DNA of 64,000 nucleotides, taken from positions 806,001-870,000 of the forward strand of contig CP089277.1 in assembly GCA_023920165.1 (NCBI GenBank), written 5' to 3'. This document shows, piece by piece, positions 61,509-64,000 of this stretch; the stretch's first letter is position 1, and every line of letters starts with the position of its first letter. The notes below the pieces were generated by a model that made no database searches, was not told where the DNA came from, and saw only the letters and a list, made by a program, of their open reading frames with translations. The stretch is from Curvularia clavata. Taxonomy: Eukaryota. The position numbers and the translations under genes were made by a program.

Positions 61509-64000
61509 ATAGAAGTTTAACGTCCCTACGAAAACCTCCCTGGCTGGAGCATGTGGACAGGCGAAACTCAGGGCTCACAGTAGTGATGCACTACATGATC
61601 ACTCCTATTCAGGATACAAAAGGGTTATGTGCTTCATTGCTTATTATCGTGCCGATTGGACATTTCTCGTTGTTGCTGGGAGAAGCCAAGGCCAGATGTT
61701 GGCTTGAAGTTTCATCTTGCTGTTTCAAGCAAGAAAGCCCTTGAATCTTTATTCCATCTTTAAATCTTTTCATCGCCAAACTTTTACTCTTGGGAAACCC
61801 CGATAGAAAAACAAATATATCTGAGTATGAAATAGTGACGAATTTACTACAAGGAATAGATATAACGTTTATGACAGCGACTTGAAATATAGACTGAGGA
61901 CTAAACGCTCTCGGTAACTTCGTTGCAGAGAGGATATGACTAAATAAAAGACAGGATAACAGGATGAAGTGACGATCAGAAGTGTTTTACGAAAGACACA
62001 GGAGATAAATAAGGGTCAAAACAGAGGGGAAATAGTGCGAGCTAGCAATGATAGCGGTTGTTTTGGAGATCAAGCTTCTGAGAAAGCTGTTTTCATGAAG
62101 CCTGTGCACTGAGAGGTTATTCTCTGCAGCAGCCTGCTATGTTCTGCTATCCTGCTCTTAGATGGACAAAATACCCGGGACTTGACGCTACCAAAATCAA
62201 TGAAATTTACCAAGTTCAACACCCTGTATCTGTAATGCTGCAAAATATCTCTCAACAATTTAATCATATCTATCTTGTAGTATCTGAACGTAGCTGTCAT
62301 CAATACGATATATTGTTTGGGTAGACTTGTGCGGTGTTGTGGTGGGCCAAGCCATTTCAGAGTCCTGGTGCCTCGTCGTGTATGTGCTCTAGCAGAACTG
62401 GTTCAATTACGTATAGAAGCTCAGCCGACTCGATGAACAGATGGTCCAATCTGAACAAGAACAGTGACGTAAGGAGTGATTTCTGTGTTCTCAAGGGTAT
62501 AGGAAGCTCCCCATAGCATGAGTAAAACTATGTAATAATGATGACAGTGTAAAGATCATCGCAAACGATCCTTTAGAATGATCCATTGTCTACGTCCACA
62601 TTTACTTTAGGATGGGTGTAAATCATCTTACCTTGCCTAGCTAGAGTCCGCGGACCCTTTGATGTTCACTCAAAGGGCGATCAAGCCACAAAAAGCAGAG
62701 ACCCGAGAAACCGTCCCGCCCTGTATGACAGCACAGTGACAAAGCAAAAGTAAAGGGAAGGGATGGGAAGAGGTAAGGGATAAAAAGAAAATGAATCTCG
62801 ACATGGTGTTTGCGATAGCTTTGGTATAACAAACACGTCTAGTCACGATTTGAAAGCCTCTCGGATGAACGGTAACCCAAAGAAATGGTGGTCTACAAAG
62901 AACAATGCAAGCTCAACTACTATTGTAATATACTCACTGCCTCTGTGCATTGTTACACTAGCTTGCATAATCAGCTTCCGGTTCGAATGCAGCTCAGAAG
63001 TTTGATGCTGCAGGGATCTATTTTACGCTAAGCCAGTTTGCTGCCATAGCAAGCTGAGCAGGCCATTGACCAAACCGGGCACAACAAAAGCTGTCTAATC
63101 CTGCGCCACCAAAACACTTCAATAACAATAGTTGACTAGTTGTACAGTTTATTACATCAGTTGTATCTTTATCGCTAGGTGCTGTACCTTGCTAGAATGA
63201 TATATCTCTTGGCAGCATGGTGATTCAAAACTTCATCATCATCGCTCTGCGCTTTTTTCGCGATCTACGCAAGGCTGCAGAAGCAATGACTTCAACTAAG
63301 TCAAAGCAACAAGACACAGTAACGGCAACAAAAATGCACCACATCAACAAGAAAAAGCAACGACTATACACCACAGATGAAAGAAGATGGTAGATAGCGA
63401 AACAACACAGATCAATTCAACTGCATCCAGACGTGCGACAGCTTTCTTTGTTATTGGAAACGGATACTGAAAGAATAATGAAGGCAGCTGTTGACGCTGT
63501 AGTTGTTGCATGTCCAATGGCCTTGGCTATCAGTATCATTCTCTAGCACAACCACCGCTACTGTCTACTAGCGATAGATCCAAGGTTTTCGCTATTACTC
63601 CTGGCTTCTCGTGATAGCCTCCAATACTTAAAAGCCTGCAAGTACTCGTGGAGTTAGCGTCGGAACGGGTCGGTCCGCAATCGTGTCCCTAGGTCTCGCT
63701 CTCAAGGAACGGGAGGTTCAGCAGTTGCGAAGTCTTGAAATGACGGAAGCCAGGAAGCGCAGTACTAGCAATTTAGCATTTGCGAAAGGCATTGTCCGAG
63801 TGTGTACAGCCCAAAGGTTTGTGGTTTAAGAGTCAAGTAAGCACAGCGACAACAACGCAACAAACATAACTAGAGCTATTCTAAAGCCCACTGGCGGCAC
63901 TGACAATGGGGTATAATCTCAACGGAACTATGTCAGCCTTGTGTAGGGACATTATGGATGAGGGAGTTGTACTCACAACGAGGGTACAATTGATAGTTCA

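Noticed and set aside
62975..62995. GGTTCGAAT tRNA T-loop-like motif
   Set aside because: No T-stem, acceptor stem or A box can be formed.
1..64000. Stop-codon readthrough (TGA-CTA) peroxisomal extensions, transposases, LTRs/TIRs, CRISPR arrays
   Set aside because: The stop contexts I inspected lack TGA CTA. No transposase or reverse-transcriptase motifs, long terminal repeats or spacer arrays were seen by eye.

Overview
Eukaryotic DNA from a filamentous ascomycete, with short GT-AG introns and CTRAC branch points; Pleosporales/Dothideomycetes is my inference from protein style. About 21 protein-coding genes are supportable, mostly core genome. In order: a But2-domain secreted protein, a GPI-type cell-wall repeat protein, MOT1, an orphan Pro-rich/ANDHT-repeat protein, a metallophosphoesterase, a J-domain protein, a MAPK dual-specificity phosphatase, RPL4, TAF11, a small hydrophilic protein, a divergent Ulp1/SENP8-like protease, an Mto2/Spa18-like MTOC protein, PRP45/SKIP, an intradiol dioxygenase, a PDC-family ThDP decarboxylase, a small membrane protein, a Cdt1-like protein, a small LEA-like protein, a dysferlin-domain (Mug65/Spo73-like) protein, a DUF3253-like protein and a beta-carbonic anhydrase. 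I recognised no tRNA, rRNA, CRISPR array or intact transposon. The most notable signals are: (1) the long RPL4 intron 1, with a perfect 14-bp stem enclosing a second stem and a TAGTAG acceptor whose proximal AG would insert an in-frame stop (candidate splicing-autoregulation or intronic ncRNA element); (2) a dioxygenase + decarboxylase + membrane-protein mini-locus with a duplicated 22-bp CGG-containing promoter element; (3) the divergent Ulp-like protease. Exon boundaries were derived by hand. Family assignments come from recalled motifs, not database searches.
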